Counted from the stretch's first letter, positions 1-16,064 are shown. The stretch is 64,000 nt of DNA from Octopus vulgaris (GCA_951406725.2 OX597816.1:9548001-9612000), one strand, 5' to 3'. The notes: generated by a model not told the origin, from the letters alone. Translations and numbers: made by a program.

Positions 1-1240
1 CTTTATAAGCACAAACACCCATGCATTTACATCTGTTTTGATACAAGCAAGTCTGTCTCTAAATGATTCTAAGTAAGTGTAGTGGTGACACTTTCTGTTC
101 AGAAAACGTATCTTTTAATGTCAAAAGCCTGTCATAGTGCAAATTATAAAAGATCTTGAAATAATGTCCATTAAAGAGGATCATCATTACAAAAAAGTCC
201 ATTGCTAAAATTGAAAACAAAACAAAAAAAAATTGATAGAACATCAGACAAAATGCTTGGGGATATTCTGGGTTCAAATGCTAACAAGATAGACTTTGCC
301 TTTCATCTTTCAACAGTCGATAAAGTAATTACCAATTAAACACTGGGGTTGATGCAATTAATCATGGCTTTGTACCTAAGTTAGAAATGATTAGTTTGGA
401 GATGAAGGAGAGGGAGGAGGAAGAGAATAGAAAGAGGAGGAGGCAGAGGATGCAGTGGTGTTCATATATTTAGGCTGTCTTTGACTGGGAAAGTAAGGAC
501 AGCTGAAGCTAGGACATTTATTATTTGATTTGGACTCTTACTATTTAGTAGCTGGAGGAAAAACAAGAAAATAATACTTTCTGAAGAATGCAAATCTGGG
601 TTAGAAAGAAATACAATGTTGTTATTAAGGGCTCTGGAAGTAAACCACTATGGGTGCAATGAAATGAAGAAACAAGTGTATTCTCCGTGAGAAAGCACAT
701 CCTTAGCATTGCTAGGACCCCATTCTATCGACTTGGATGTGGCCCCAACACCTAATTCTCTACGAAGCTAGAGTGAGGCCTACAATGAAGTAATGCTTTC
801 ACACTGGTGTTGTCACTAGACATATTCATTCTGGACCACATCAAGAAAAGGACCACTTAACTAATTGGTATTCGATCACTTACAGACATACCCCAGCATC
901 AAGCCTACAAGCATGCTGTCTCTTCTCTCTGCCTTTCATATAGCTACCAAAATGGCCCCTCTTTATTTGAGCTGTATAGTCTCATACTCCACCACCCAGG
1001 CATCCCCCAACCCACTTGTCTTTCCATAATGCAACCAAACCCCTTGAGCCCTACTCCCACCATCACTAACCATTATACTTAGTCCTTTCTCCTCAGAATA
1101 TCAGTCTTCTGATATTCCTTCCCTGCTCAGGTGTTGATCTGCCACAGTTTAAAGAAAACATTAATGACATTAAGCGCATCAAATTCAGCAACAGTATAAC
1201 CAGTGTCCCTTCCTCCATACTCAACAAGTAAAGAAAAAAA

Positions 1241-1604
1241 GCTGGCTGTGTGGTAAGAAGTTTACTTCCTAACCACATGGTTCCATGTTCAGTCTCACTG
1301 CAATGTACCTTATACAAATGTCTTCTACTATAGCCTTGGGCTCATCAAAGCCTTATGAATGGATTTGGCAGATGGAAACTGAAAGAAACCTGTCATGTGT
1401 GTGTGTGTGTGTGTGTGTGTGTCTGTTTGTTTCCCCCCACTGCTTGAGAACCGGTTTTGGTTTGTGTACCCTCCCCCTGCAAAAGTGACCGATAGAATAA
1501 GTACCAGACTTTAAAAAAAAGTACTGGAGTTGATTCATTTGACTAAAAAAATCTTGAAGGTGTGCTCCAGCATGGCTACAGTCTAATGACTGAAACAAGT
1601 AAAA
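1241..1604 (+). mobile_element. Family A tRNA-SINE
   Basis: Same head, internal (TG)n and 3' end as the 27739 copy. Confidence 0.88.
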
Positions 1605-3623
1605 TATTGGTTTAGATCCGCCCCCACCACTTAGAATCAGTTTATTGAAAAGAAATGAGGCTTTTTAGGCTCTGAACCCTTATACTTACTTTTTTCCAAA
1701 AATATTGTAAGCTAGCATACTCAATTATTTTTCTTTATTTGATAGAATCTTCTCAACATATGCTACCATGGTTCTTCTGGAGTTCTATCGATATATATTT
1801 GAGTTTATATTGATTCCTTTAGGCTAGAGAAAAGATTAAAGCATAGGGCTGTGTTTGGTCACTGCTGGATAGTTTTTCTTTTTTTTTTATATCAGTTGAT
1901 TAAAAAAAAACTATTTTTAAAATATTGAAGCAAAAACGGGGTACTCATTGGAAGTCTTCTTTTTTTGTCTTTTACATTTTTTTCTCTCTCAGACACATCC
2001 TGAAGCCAAGAAGCATTTAATGGAGTAATATTGAAGAAAAGAACCGAACATTAGTGAAAAGACTGTTACACACTGAGAAATATTATTTTATAGATTTCTC
2101 ATATGTTAAACATGTGAAATTGCTGACTGGCTTGGACTGTATCCATGGGAGAAAACCACCTTATTCTATTTGTGTCAGTATACCTAACCAAAGAATAAAT
2201 ATTGATCTGACTATATGTGATAACTAACTAGAACTAGAAAGTAAATTATATTGCACAACTTTTAAACATGTATCTATATTACATCTAAACTTTTGTACAA
2301 GAGATGAAAAACATTCTCATTTTCCTTCATTCACTTTTTCCTCTCCTTTATCTTCTTCTTTTCTTTCCCTCTCTTATGCTCTTTCCATTTCATAGATGTC
2401 TTTTTATCATCCACACATTACCTTATCATGTGTGCAGAAAGTTTATTGAAGTTTTAATCTCTGTGAGAGAAACTAAAGACCTATGACCATGAAATGGTAA
2501 AATCTCTTTCACATGGCTTTGGTTTCGTATTACATATTGCAATTGACATGAAACTGTCTATCAGGAATTAAGGAATGGTTTTTATTTGCTCTCTTGTTAA
2601 ATTCTTTCTCTCCCTCTTTATATTTTGTGACTGTTGAGTTGAACTGATTCAGAAAGTCTTTCCTTACTCATTAACTTAGATATTCAGCAAACATTATTTA
2701 GTTACCATGGTTACAAGAAGCAATAAGCTAAATGTATAAATCTTTATTCTTACTTTTTTTATTTTTATTTTTCTTCTTGTGGTACTACATTGGGAGTAAA
2801 TCTCATAACCTAAATAGCCAATATGAACATTAGATGAAAATGAAAATCATGGTGGCTCACTACTAAATTGAAAGGCTACTAGAGTAAATTGGAAGCAATG
2901 TAAAGAGAGCATGCTTCAAAACTTCTGTGCAGATGAAGGATAATGGAGCATGATAGCAGATTTGCTTCATGGATTTGGCTCTACAGGAAAACTGACAACT
3001 CAATTTAAATGTTTAGATTGATGGAAGAAAGACTGAATGGATTGTGCAGCCACATACTATGTGAGGAAGGAATAATATATTATATGAAATGGAATAGAGA
3101 GAGATGTGGTAAATAAAGAGAATGGAATTACATGATCAAGCATAAGATGCTCCAAGTTAGAAAAAAAACAAAACTGAAACAGTAATAAATACTGTTGAAG
3201 AACCAAACTTGAATATTAAAGGAATTCCTTAAAAGAGGAAAAAAGAAAGAAAACTTGGGGAGTACAGTAATTTGGCAATATAAAAATGACCAAAAATTTT
3301 ATCCACCAAATATATTTTCATTGTTTTGTACTATTTATAGGTATTTATATTCTTATAGAGCTGTGTGGTATTATCTAAATGATTATATGTATCATTTCTG
3401 TTTAGTCGAAGATTAATGCTGAGCTATGTTCCATCCATGACCATCTCGTCTTTTTTACCAGACATGCACTCAGAAAAGAGGTTGGTTTTAGGGAAGGCAT
3501 CCAGCCATAGAAACCATGCCAAAATAGATACTAGGAGACAACGCATTCCTTTAACCTGCTTAATCGCATCAAATGTCCAATCCATGCAAGCGCAGAAGAC
3601 AGATGATGATTTTATAACTAGAA

Positions 3624-3860
3624 CAGTGGTTCTCAACCATTTTTTAACCAATGAACCCTTTTGATTCCTATGGACCCTCATAATGATTCAATGTTTAAAA
3701 ACTCCTATTATATTTTTATAATTAAATATCCTGATAAATTGTATAAAAGAATTGTTAAAATATTTTGTGTATTGTAGAAGTGTAACCAATATATTGTGCA
3801 TAAACTTCAAAGACAAAATCTTATATGTACCCTCAAGGGCCATACGGACCCCAGTTGAGA
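3624..3860. mobile_element. hAT-like MITE with a truncated right TIR
   Basis: CAGTGGTTCTCAAC at the left end, ...GGACCCCAGTTGAGA at the right, and internal GGACCC repeats. Confidence 0.6.
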
Positions 3861-4082
3861 TAAGGTATGAACTGAGGGAGCTTTTGTTTCTGTTTCTGGC
3901 AGGTTGAAAAACTACATAGAGCCATACACAGGTTTCCTATTGGCTTCTGGACTAGAAGGTGTTGATGTGTTATAATTACTACAAAGTGTTTAGTAGAAAA
4001 CTATGAACTAAGAGGATATTCTGAAGGGGTTCTTGAATCGAAAAACTGGTCAAAATGTTTAGGATAGGATCTTGAGAGTGAG

Positions 4083-4117
<35 letters not shown>

Positions 4118-4999
4118 GAGAGAGAAAGAGAGCAAGAAAGAAAGAGAGAGCCTGGACGATTTTTTACTGTTACAAAGATAAAAAGTGACTGTGATAGCTT
4201 GTAATTACTATGTAGCTTGTTTTGTGAACAAATAAATTCATCAATCAAAAGTTTCATTATCATTATAAATTAAACTATGATTTATATGAATATTAATGGG
4301 AAAAATCTCTCAGTTCCTAAAAATATTTATACAACAACATAAACTACAACAGAGTTCAGCCATTATTCTCAACAGAGTATGATCTTGCCATTTGTATAGG
4401 GTACAGCAGAAAACCTCCCATATTTAATGTGACCATTAGAGTGGTGCTAGTGAAGTTAAGCAAGTGGTAATGGTGTTTTCATGTAATTAATGTTTTATTG
4501 TCTTTTGTCAGATACCATCACAGTTTGGACTGGTGCACACTGTGGGTTGTTGAAATGTCTATCAAGAATGGTAAATCTCGAAGATCTTTTTTTTTTTTTT
4601 TGCTTCACACTACATCATACATTCACTTATTGTTTTAGATGCCTATGTTTGCATGAGTAGAGGTGCATGGTTTAGAGCTTAGGGTGCTGGACTCAAGATA
4701 GTAAGATTGTGGTTTTGATTCCTGGTCTGGGACAATGTATTGAGTTCTTAAGCAAAACACTTCATTTCACATTGCTCCACTCCACTCTGGAATGAATAAT
4801 CCTGTGACAGACTGGTGTCCCATCTAGGGAAAAATATATACACCAGAGAAACCATGAAACTGGCCCTATGCTCCTTATGGAGTAATGTGGACTAACCATG
4901 TACTCGTGAGTAGATACAAACACCCTTGGAACCTTCCTCCCGTTGGAACATTGAGAATGAGAAGGAGATAGATAGATAAATAGATATATATATATATAG

Positions 5000-5059
<60 letters not shown>

Positions 5060-6094
5060 CTGCACCAGGAGCTGGTTTGTATTCATTTTCAGTTGAGTAG
5101 ACAAGAATAATGGGAAATGAATGCCTTGTTCAGGAACTAAATCTATGACCTAATGCTTATAAGCCCAACCCCCTAACCACCAGGCCATGCATCCTTATAA
5201 AAAAAAGCAACAATAGTAGAGGATAAAAAAAATGAGCCAATGACAGAGTGAGTCTCTATATGATTACTAAACTTGCAAGAAATAACTGCCAAATCTCCTT
5301 GAAATCACTCACCCTACCAATTTAAAACATAAAAGATGCATAAAATGTAGTTTTAGAAACACTGAATAAAAATGAATGTGCATAGCTGAACCGCCTTTGA
5401 TCATGCATTGGCTCAATTAGGACTGTCTTAAGGCTAAATAACAACTAGAAAACGCTTCAATTAATTTTGAGAAAACTGTTATATGTACGAACAAATTTGC
5501 ATTTATTGATACACACACACACACATACATGTATGTAAAACTCCATACAAATGCTATCATTCATTTATAGAGACACATGCTCTTACATCAACAACAGCTG
5601 TTGAAAATGTGAATGAGGTAATATCTTTTTATACAGCATAGTGTTCATGTAAAAAGGATTTACAATGGCATTCATTGAAAACTGTCAAGATGTAAGTATC
5701 AAAATATCCATGAAATTGAATGTATCCACATCACTGAAAGCAAAGAATAAAACATTTATGAATCGCAAAACATAACAGAATAGATAGAAAAGAAAGCCTG
5801 TTGAGGCTGTCAGTTGCTCATCCGACAAAAATGTTACTTGCAATAGAAGTGACGAGAAGTTTTAAAGAAAACTGATGCAGAACTTAACTTTTGGATCCTT
5901 GCAAGCTTATACTCATACATTATTAATGTATTTCCTTATAAAATAAAAAACAAAATCCTTACAGTTACCACAAAATGTTGGATGCTTTGAATTCTGCCTA
6001 TGAAATCATTTTGAAATTTTAAAAACATTTAAGTTTTTTTTTTGATTTTTAAAGGGCAGTATTTGATTCTGCATATTTAAAAATATTTGCATCT

Positions 6095-6290
6095 CCAATG
6101 TGGAGTTTCCATCTTGTCCAGAATATCAGTCCACTGGAAGCTGTCTAGAAATGTGCTACCAGATGAATACCTTTCACAGTCATCATACCTTGAGCATTTG
6201 CTTCCCTAGGCATCAATATGCTAGCAGCTGATTTGGCAGAAGTTCACATGATTATCCATCATCTTTCCAAAAATTCTGTAGAATTCTTTT
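6095..6290 (+). pseudogene. Short decayed CR1/L2 fragment, same family as the 34990-35190 segment
   Basis: Aligns by eye with 35005-35185 (CTTGTCCAGAATATCA..CTGGAA..AGAAATGTGC..CATAC..GAGCAT..GCTTC). Confidence 0.55.
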
Positions 6291-7500
6291 CACAAGGTGT
6301 GATAGCATGTAGTATTGATAAGCATTACACCATCACTCTGGTGTTATACATTTGTATGAAATTATTGATACAATTCACATTACATATTTAGCTTTATCAA
6401 GGAAGACACACACACAAAAAATGAAATAATAAAGTGAGATGGGACAAATGTACAATGTTTCTTTTTTTCTCTTTTGAAATATAGATATTAAAAGAATTAT
6501 AGTGAATATAAGTAACTGCAATGTTTATTCTTTATATATATGTGTCATTTACACTAAGAATATTGTGTGATAAAGATAAAACTTTCTGAAGAATATTGAC
6601 TATTTTGATATCAACCCTCCTACTACTCACCCTAGATCTTTGATACAGATTCCTCATGTTAAAGTTGCCTAAATTAAAATTTTCCATGAAAATTTCATGC
6701 TAAATTTATATTAAAATCACCAGCTTAATAATATCAAGTATATTTCAATAAATCTTTTATTATTTAACAAATTAATAGTAATAAAGACAGTGTATTTCAA
6801 CAGAAATATGCAAATGAATGGGTTAAGAAGCTTTAATAAATGTATGGAATGCTAAGCACATTCAGTGAAAATACAGTTGATAAATAGCAGACAAACTGAG
6901 TTTATATTCTTTAATTGTTTGGTTATTTTTTTCTCCTTTTACCCCAAGTTTGTAAAATCTTTCTACTGAAAAGAATAAATGATTATTGAATCTGAAAATG
7001 AACAGTGCCCACCCAACAAAAAAAAGACACAAAAAAAAAAATGGAATTATACAAATTTTTAGTTACTAAACAAATAAGCACCAACCTTACTTATATCATT
7101 CAACATTGTCACTTTGTTACTAAAACTGTACAATTTGTCACCCAGATCCTTAGCCCAGTGTTGTACTCTGTAAAAGATAGTAAAAAAGAAAAAAAGATAA
7201 GAACTAGTGTATAGTAAACATAAATTATTTAAATGCAATTAACAGATATACAATGTCAGCAATAGATAACACTTAATTAACAATATCACACATGTATATG
7301 TCTAAAAAGCCTAAAACAAAACAAGAATTTTTTTAAAAAATGAAATCATTGATTAATTTGTTGTTTTTTTTTTTTTGGCAACATTAATTAGCAAAATATA
7401 ATTTGATTTATTAGAACATTTCTGTATTCTATTATCATAACTGGGCATATCTGCATACTGTTGGAATTCAATAGTTTTATATATTATATTATCTATTATT

Positions 7501-7712
7501 GGTTTCAAATTTTAATGTAAGACCAGCAAGTTTGGGGGAGGGGGTAAATCGATTACATCAATCCCAGTCCTAAACTGGTGCTTATTTTATCGACCCTCAA
7601 AGGATGAAAGGCAAAGTCAGCTTCAGCAGAATTTCAACCCAGAATGTCAAGACAGACGAAATGCTACTAAGCATTTTGTCTGGCATGTTAACAATTCTGC
7701 CAGCTCACCACA
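7501..7712 (-). mobile_element. Family B SINE; remnants also at ~270-390 and 17105-17300
   Basis: Reverse complement of the 25653 copy (AAGGATGAAAGGCAAAGTC...CTGCCAGCTCACC). Confidence 0.8.
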
Positions 7713-8430
7713 CTATTATATCATCTAAAATAACTTTCTAAACAAAATATATAGTGTAATGAAGCTTTACACATCATTTAATAGTGAAATTCTAATTCTA
7801 ATGGAACCAGATGCTTCTCATCCAATGCCACAGCTGATATGTATAGAATCATAGTCATCACAATTATTTTAGCATCTGCTTTACCATGGTCACATGTACT
7901 AGACACACTCAATTGAAGTATATTTTCTACAGCTGGATGTCTTTCTTGTTATCAACTCTGACTTATTTTCAAGTAAGGTAATATTTTCCCATGGCCAGAC
8001 ATGGAAGATTGGAACTAAAGGACATTGCCTGTATGACAGTGATGCTCATTCATGATTATCATATGATGACAAGAAAATACTAATATACACACACACACAT
8101 ATGACAGGCTTCTTTCAGTTTTCAGTCCAGAGCTATTGTAGAAGACACTTGGTCAAGGTACTATGCAGTGGGACTGAAACCCAGACCATGTGTTTGGGAA
8201 GTGAACTTCTTAACCACACAAATAAATATGTATGTATGTTATATATATATATATATATATACATGATGGATAGACAGAGGAGAGAGGGAGAGAGAGAGGG
8301 GAGAGAGAGAGAGTGGATGTTTGTGAGAAGAATAGATAAACTTAGAACTGCAATTCTTAAACTCCAACTCCTTAATCTAATATGTGAATGTGTATGTGTG
8401 TTTATGTGTGAATAAGTATGCATGTGCAAA

Positions 8431-8484
<54 letters not shown>

Positions 8485-10154
8485 TGTGTGAGTGCACATA
8501 CATGTGTTACTGAATCTGATGTGCAATTTTGAAGCTAGAATTATGGTAAAGCAACTGGTTATCAAGAAATGATATTAACAGTTATAAAAACTAATTCTTT
8601 TTATCTTAAATAGTTTTGCTAAATAAAAATACAAAGCTGTTCAAGACTGCTCTTGGTTCTATGGTACAACCTTCTTGTTTTAAGTGACTTAAATAAAAAC
8701 TTTGCATCAAAATTTTGTGTCACTTTATGTTTCAAACATCAGATTAATATCATGACAAAAGTATTTTTATTAAATTCTTCATTGTCTTCAAAATTGAGAA
8801 ACAACTGCTCTGTATTTCAACTGAAACATGGTAACAAAAGAGTTAAATGCCTAATTTCTCTGTTACACAAAAATAGAGGAAAGGTTTTGATGCAACAGGG
8901 TTTGGTAAAAATAGACAGGATTGCTGATCTGACTAATTAATGCAGTCTCATTAATTTCTCTGTCATAGATATAACAATAGGAGATTAAAATAGAATATAC
9001 TGTTATAAATTATTTACAAAGAAAGATGAAGATATTCAAGATAATTTCTAAATTACTTATATCAGTGAAAATGTTACAGAGTAATAGGAAACAGTTCTTA
9101 CTTTAAGAATCTACAATTGAAGCCAAAGCCAAAACTACAATTGTAGAAGAAATATATAAAAACCTTCATATATGATTTTGATGTTATTTCCGTGACTAAA
9201 GGGTAAATATAATTTATATTGTAGCAATTTTATTTGTAATAACTAAGTAATACCCAGAGAAAAATATGTGCATCTTACTAATGGTCTCTTTGGACACAGT
9301 TCAATTATTGATTCAAAAGGAACAGGTTGTTTTCGAAAGAATGCCACTGTTTTCATGGCTTATGTTCATTTATTGTTTACTTGCCATTTTAATGTCCACT
9401 TAATATCTATTTACTATCCAGTTCACCATGCTTTTATTGATATTTTGTGTGGTGGCAGCAGTGGTTAACATTTTGTCCTTCTATTTTACTAATAAAATTC
9501 ATTCTGTTGATAGCAAGGTTAAGAATAGTGTACTGATGTACCCAACAGCAAAATGCTCTCTGACAGACTTCCGTATCTTTACTTTTGAATTTTACTTAGG
9601 AATTTTTGAAAACCTTTCATATTTCATCTAAAACATTTGTTAATATCTTTCATTTCCTTTCCACAATGGCAAATATGAGAACATCTAAATGCAAACCCAT
9701 AACAAATGGAAAAGTAGATGTAAAATAAGTAACTTGATGAAAATAAAATTTATCATTTACACATTTATCTCTCTTACAATGAAAGGTAAATGTGAATTAA
9801 ATTAGAAAAACATAAATTCTCTTCTGTGATATATAATTCATGAAAGAATACAGCTACTTTCAAAATGCTTTCTTTTCCTAACGATTGCAATTTTCATGAC
9901 TACAATATCACTTTCCAGGTAATTTTTTCCAAATGAAAAAAAAAGAGATTCAGGCAATATTCTTCTTGTAGTTTGACCTCAGAACTTCCCTTGTCTGTTT
10001 CTTAACTATCAAAAAAAAAATGGAGACTTAAGCCAGTTGTCTCAATTTGTTATTTTGAGATATCTTTTTCTTCAGGCTGTTATTTCTGATGAAATTTGTG
10101 ATAATATTTCAAAATATAATCTGCAAATACAAAACTACCTTCAGATGATGCTCG

Positions 10155-10328
10155 ATCATCATCATCATCATTTAATGTCGCTTTTTCCATGCAAGCATGG
10201 GTTGGATGGTTTGACAAGAACAGGCAAATCAAAGGATTCTGCCAGGTTTTATGTCTGCTTTGACATGATTTCTACAACTGGATGCCCTTCCTAATGCTAA
10301 CCACTTAGCAAAGTGTACAAGTGCTTTT
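10155..10328 (-). mobile_element. Older RTE 3'-tail copy. Similar remnants at ~3470-3610, 7850-8070, 12080-12310, 20090-20330, 36230-36470, 38420-38660, 60395-60548 and 63850-63995
   Basis: (CAT)n-TTTAATGTC...CATGCAAGCATGGGTTGGA...CTGGATGCCCTTCCTAA is the reverse complement of the LINE 3' end. Confidence 0.75.
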
Positions 10329-10342
10329 TAATTATATATGGC

Positions 10343-10343
10343 T

Positions 10344-10384
<41 letters not shown>

Positions 10385-10399
10385 TATATATAGATACAC

Positions 10400-10489
<90 letters not shown>

Positions 10490-10490
10490 A
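10343..10490. repeat. Compound (GAAA)n/(GATA)n microsatellite. Others at ~4083-4150, 4965-5058, 8430-8490, 11376-11432, 13040-13095, 26690-27085 and 29001-29043
   Basis: Directly visible in the sequence. Confidence 0.95.
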
Positions 10491-12671
10491 CACAAACACA
10501 CAAAAATGGGCACTTTTGTCACCTTCATTAACAGACATGATAAACCGAGGGAAATTTCATGCCCTCTTACACCTGCACTCAAGGATATCTACCTCCCACT
10601 ACAGACTTTCTTGCCATGCATTTGTTCACAAAGTATTTGTAAACCCAAGACACTTACTCATGATACTGCCCAGTGGGAGATCAGACCCAGCACTTGCACT
10701 AGTTAGGTTGCCAAGTAATTAGTCCCTGTAATTTAGGAAGCACAGAAGATAAAAAGGGCAATGATCCAAGGCAAAGGGATGAGAGAAAAGTAAAAGGGGA
10801 GGCCAGAGGAGTATGGTACAGAGCAGGGGAGAGTGACAGAGTTGAAAAATAAAGGGATAATTTGAGATGAAAAAAGGATAGAGTGGATTGTGTATGGGGG
10901 AACTGATAGCTGTTCAACATTATAGGTGGCAGCAATGGACAGAAGATGTGAGAGAAAGATGACATGAAGGGACCAATAAATTAGCATGGAGAGGGATCCT
11001 GACAGAGAGGTGAGGGGTCGGAGGGTATGGCAGGTCAGAAGTTTTGTTTTTTATATTTCATTGAGAGAAATACTGCTGGACCCAATTTGCAAGGACACAC
11101 ACATAACACAAGCTAGCGCACTCTAAGTATATCTCAGTCACATTGTCTTTATCAGGCTTAACACCAAATTAAACATATACACCATTAAATGATATTTTAT
11201 ACGCCTTTCTTCTACTTCAGGTATTGGAGTAGATGTCCAAACTTACAAAATAAGCACACTCATTTAACACAAAAAGGAAAGATTCCATCATCAAATGAAT
11301 TATGGTAAAATCCAACGCTTGCAGTTATCTCAAAGACTTCCTTACACTTTAATACACAACAACAAGGCTGACTAATACATACATACATACATACATACAT
11401 ACATACATACATACATACATACATACATACATACACACACATACATACATGCACACACACACATGCACATACACATGCACACATACATATATACATACAC
11501 ATACGCATATGCGTATTAGTACAATGCAATAGATATTTACAACTAGATTTATTACTTAGCAGTGAATAAGGATTTTGGTATTTTATTTGATCATTTAATT
11601 TATGTGCAAAACAATCTTTTTCCTTCGGTACACTTTTATTACTTTTTCAAATATAAATCATCTTTATGCAGCAAGGATTTCAGGGAATTCAATGGTATGG
11701 TATTGATGAATATCAGAAATGGTCGTAATGGGTTTTTTGCTTCTATTTTACTACTTTGTAACAATATTTTGACAATATCCTAGATAAGTATGAGTGCATA
11801 TAAATGTAGGAACAGAATTAAATTAAAATAGAAAATGTAAGCTCAATAGTGAAGTTTCATTCTATTCACATTGGCATTTTCAGGGCTTCTTTCTTTATAC
11901 TTTTCTTTCATGAAATAAAATGAAGCTGTAACACATAAATATTCAAGAATACCACCACCACCACCACCACAAGAACAACAACAACAACAAGAAACCACCG
12001 ACAGCAGCAGCAGCAGCAACACCACCATCACCACCACCACTACTACTACCACCAGCAACACCATTATCATCACTGTCATCATCATTGTTGTTATTTTAAC
12101 ATCTACTTTTCTATTCTTGCATATGTCAGATGAAATTTGCTGAGGCAGATTTTCTATGACCAGGTACTCTTTCTGTCACTAACCTTCACCTGTTTCCAAG
12201 CAAGGTAATACTTTCTTATGGCCTGACATGTTTTCACAGATTAGAAATGAAAGACACAGCTTTTTTGTGTAGTGACCGTGCTCATTTACAACCATTGCGA
12301 GATGTTAAGACAATGACACTCAAATACAGATACATACATTCACAGTAACCTATATATATCTACATACATACACACATACATGTATACACACACATATTTA
12401 TATACAAAAGGATTTTTTTCAGTTTCAATCAACAATACTAAACCCACTCACAAAACTTTGGTAAACTTGAAGCTATAGTAGAAGACACTTGCCCAAGCAG
12501 CCATGCAACAGAGTTGGACCCAAAACTATGCAGCTGGGAAGAGAAGTTCTAAACCATACAGCTATGTTTGCACCTAATATTTATATTTGAACATTAAAAC
12601 AATGATAGACAGACAGATTGATAGATAAATAAATAGACAAATAGATAGTTAGATGGATAGAGAAATAGATA

Positions 12672-12705
<34 letters not shown>

Positions 12706-12801
12706 AAGACAGACAGATAAATATAAATATAGATTGATAGATATAAGTAGATAAATAAGATTATATATCTACACACACACACATATCTATATAATATAGA
12801 C

Positions 12802-13011
12802 CCCTCCCTGGCACCTGTGCAGGTGGCACGTAAAAAGCACCCACTACACTTGCGGAGTGGTTGGCGTTAGGAAGGGCATCCACCTGTAGAAACACTGCCA
12901 GATCAGACTGGAGCCTGGTGCTGCCCCTGACTTCCCAGACCCCGGTCGAACCGTCCAACCCGTGCTAGAGCGGAAAACGGACATTAAACGATGATGATGA
13001 TGATGATGATG
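12802..13011 (+). mobile_element. 5'-truncated RTE 3'-end copy with a (GAT)n tail and 8 bp TSD
   Basis: Highly similar to 57860-58065. ATATAGAC occurs at 12794-12801 and 13012-13019. Confidence 0.88.
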
Positions 13012-13038
13012 ATATAGACAGAACAACAGACAGACAGC

Positions 13039-13086
<48 letters not shown>

Positions 13087-16026
13087 TAGATAGATAATAG
13101 AAGGCTTCTAGAATTATTTCAGTACAATGAATGGGTATTTTAATCACCACCTAATCTTGAGATAGTCAAGACATATGCAATGTCAGCTTTAAAATGAATA
13201 AGACACTGCTTCCTTAAAAGAATTAAAATCCCTTCATAGAAGGTAATGCTATATTTAATATTCCTACAGAATGTTTGTTTACACCAAATGCAAATAAAAT
13301 TAAGTAAAACCAGGCCTCAAACCACACATTTAAAGAGCAACAGAGATATTGTACACTTGTTTTACAAATGGTAATGCTTGCCATTAGCAAAATTAAATAT
13401 GTTTCATCAGTATTATTACTGATTTGTTTACTCTGCTGTGACTCAGATCCTTAACACAATACCATGAAGATCATTTAACTTCTTATTAATCAAAGATTTA
13501 CGCTAGATTAAGGTAATTATTTTTATTTGACCAGACTATCAGATACTTTTGTACACAATCAGAGCTGAATTAAGACCGATAGAGGCCCTAAGCACTTAAA
13601 AAGACTTTGGTGCTCACATATGTATGCAATTCAAAATATAAATAATTATAAACCATAAAATAAATCTTTATTTTTCAAAATGAGACAAAACTAACAGTAA
13701 GAGAGAAAATAATGTTTCCTTTTGTATACTTCCACTTCAGTCATATTTGAAAAGTTTTCTCCTACATTTTTTAATTGCTAAGTCTTTGATCAGATTGTCA
13801 CTATGACACCATGAACACTTCGAAATTATATTTCCAATCATATAAACCATTTTGAATATTATTCTAGCAAGAAGTTTAAAGTGATTTCATTTGTGCTGTA
13901 AACTATTTACCATTTCTGTGGTACCCTACTTCCCATGATGCCATACACACATGCTTATTTTGCACCTTTCTCTTCCATTTGAGCCTGAATTGTTTGACTC
14001 TGTTGTCTCCCCAGTAGTCTTTTCCAATCTCTTAGCTATCACTCAACAACTACACAAATCCACTTGTGGTATGTGTGCCTTGCAATACATTTGGCTCAGA
14101 TGAACCAGTGTTCTTGGTATTTCATGGTCACATTATTCACTCCACGCACTTCTCCAATTGCTCTGTTTTAGATATTCCCCACTGTGACATTTCTAGCATG
14201 GATTTTGAATTAGACCTCAGTGCCATACCCAGTCACTATTCTTTCTTCTTCATGATTGTCCATATCTCACTTGCATATAAAATGCAGAATCAGGCAACAT
14301 CATAGTACAGAAACCTAGATCCACTGAAAACTATGCTGACTGAACTGGATGCCCAGACAACATTAAATTACATACAATATTTATAACTCTAAAATTTCTT
14401 CTCTCTCTCTCTCACCCACATTTTCTTTAAACATTTTTATGTGTAAAATGTATAAATGGAAATAAAAAATTCCAAAGCAACGAATTTATCAAAATGTACA
14501 CAGTAATATTTTTATCAAAATATCAAAAGGCTTGGTGTTTCCTTATGTTACTGCATAATTAAGAACTGCAAAAAGAAAAAAATGACTAAACTAAATTTGT
14601 TTTATCTATTTATATGGTCTAGATCATAATCTAATGGCAAACCATTATCTCTCACTGAAGAAGATAATGGTTCAAGAATATATTTGATCTTTTATGAACA
14701 TCACACTACTTTCTCCCAGAGACTTTCTTTAACAACTTTGCTTTACACTTACTTTTTAAATAAGACAATTTTCAAAGTAAGAAATAAGAGAGAAAGGAAA
14801 AAAATTCACCAATGTCTTCTGAAGTAGAAATGAAAAAAAAAAAAAGGAAAAAATGAAACAATTTTAAGAAAATTATCTTTTTGATTTGTGATAAGTTGCA
14901 CCAATTACTTTGCCATCAATAGACTGATCACTTAATTTCTGTCTAATAATAATGCATAAATGGTACTGAACCTCAAAGAGTTTTACATTCATTAGCAAGT
15001 GTTATTTTTTTTTATTGAAAATAATGAAATGTCTGAAATATTTTTGAGTAATCATTTGAATAGTTTGGAAGTAACAACTGTCAAAACTTAGTAAAAAATT
15101 AATGACATGATTCCGTCAGTAAACGAGAAGCTAGTTTTCTTCCAAACTGATTTTATAGACACCTGGTATGGAATGATTCAATACCATTATGGAATTGTCA
15201 AAATAAAAATTGCATGTTGTAATGCATCATTTTCGATTTTAGTTATAAAATACATTAAAAGTTACAGTTGGAAAATATATATTTGCAATTTCTAAAGAAT
15301 TATGAAACAAATGAGTTTTAGAATGAAAATAAATGGCTTTTAATAATAATTAATTTTCTTTTTTGTATTTATGAGCTTAGAATGTAAACAACTAGATGTT
15401 TTATGTGTGTGTGTGTGTGTGCGCATAAATATGTGTGGGTATATACATACACACATATAAAATGTTTGATTTTCCATTTTATATTTGTATTACCATGTTA
15501 TCGTGAGACATTCTTTAAGAGTCAGATGTCCTTCCTATATTTAATCTAAATTTGGTTTTCAAGTAACAAATCTTTTATTTCACTTGTCTTTGAAAGCATA
15601 GGGGAAGCAGATAGTTCTCAACTTTTGAAGAACACCAATGTAAACAAACACATGCACACACACATACACACATGCAATGCATTTCAGCTTTCATCAACCT
15701 AATCCACTCGTGTACCTCAATTGATCCTAAGAGCTATGCCAGCAGAGTGCAAGCTCTTGGAAGGGCCTCTTATGCTGGTCTATATATATAAAGTAATATG
15801 GACCACCTCTTCTCAGAGTTAAAAAAAATGAACTAGCATGGATCCAAACAACCCCTGTTTAGAAAACAAAAGCTAAATCACAGAAGCATCAATGACAATT
15901 CAAACCAATAACATCTAGGAGAGGAAGGCATTGACTCAGGGAAAGACAGGCTGGAGTTGAGAACAAAAGAGGAAAGTCATCAATGGCCTATGGTCCATAA
16001 AGAATGAAGGATTTAAGTAAGTATAA

Positions 16027-16064
<38 letters not shown>
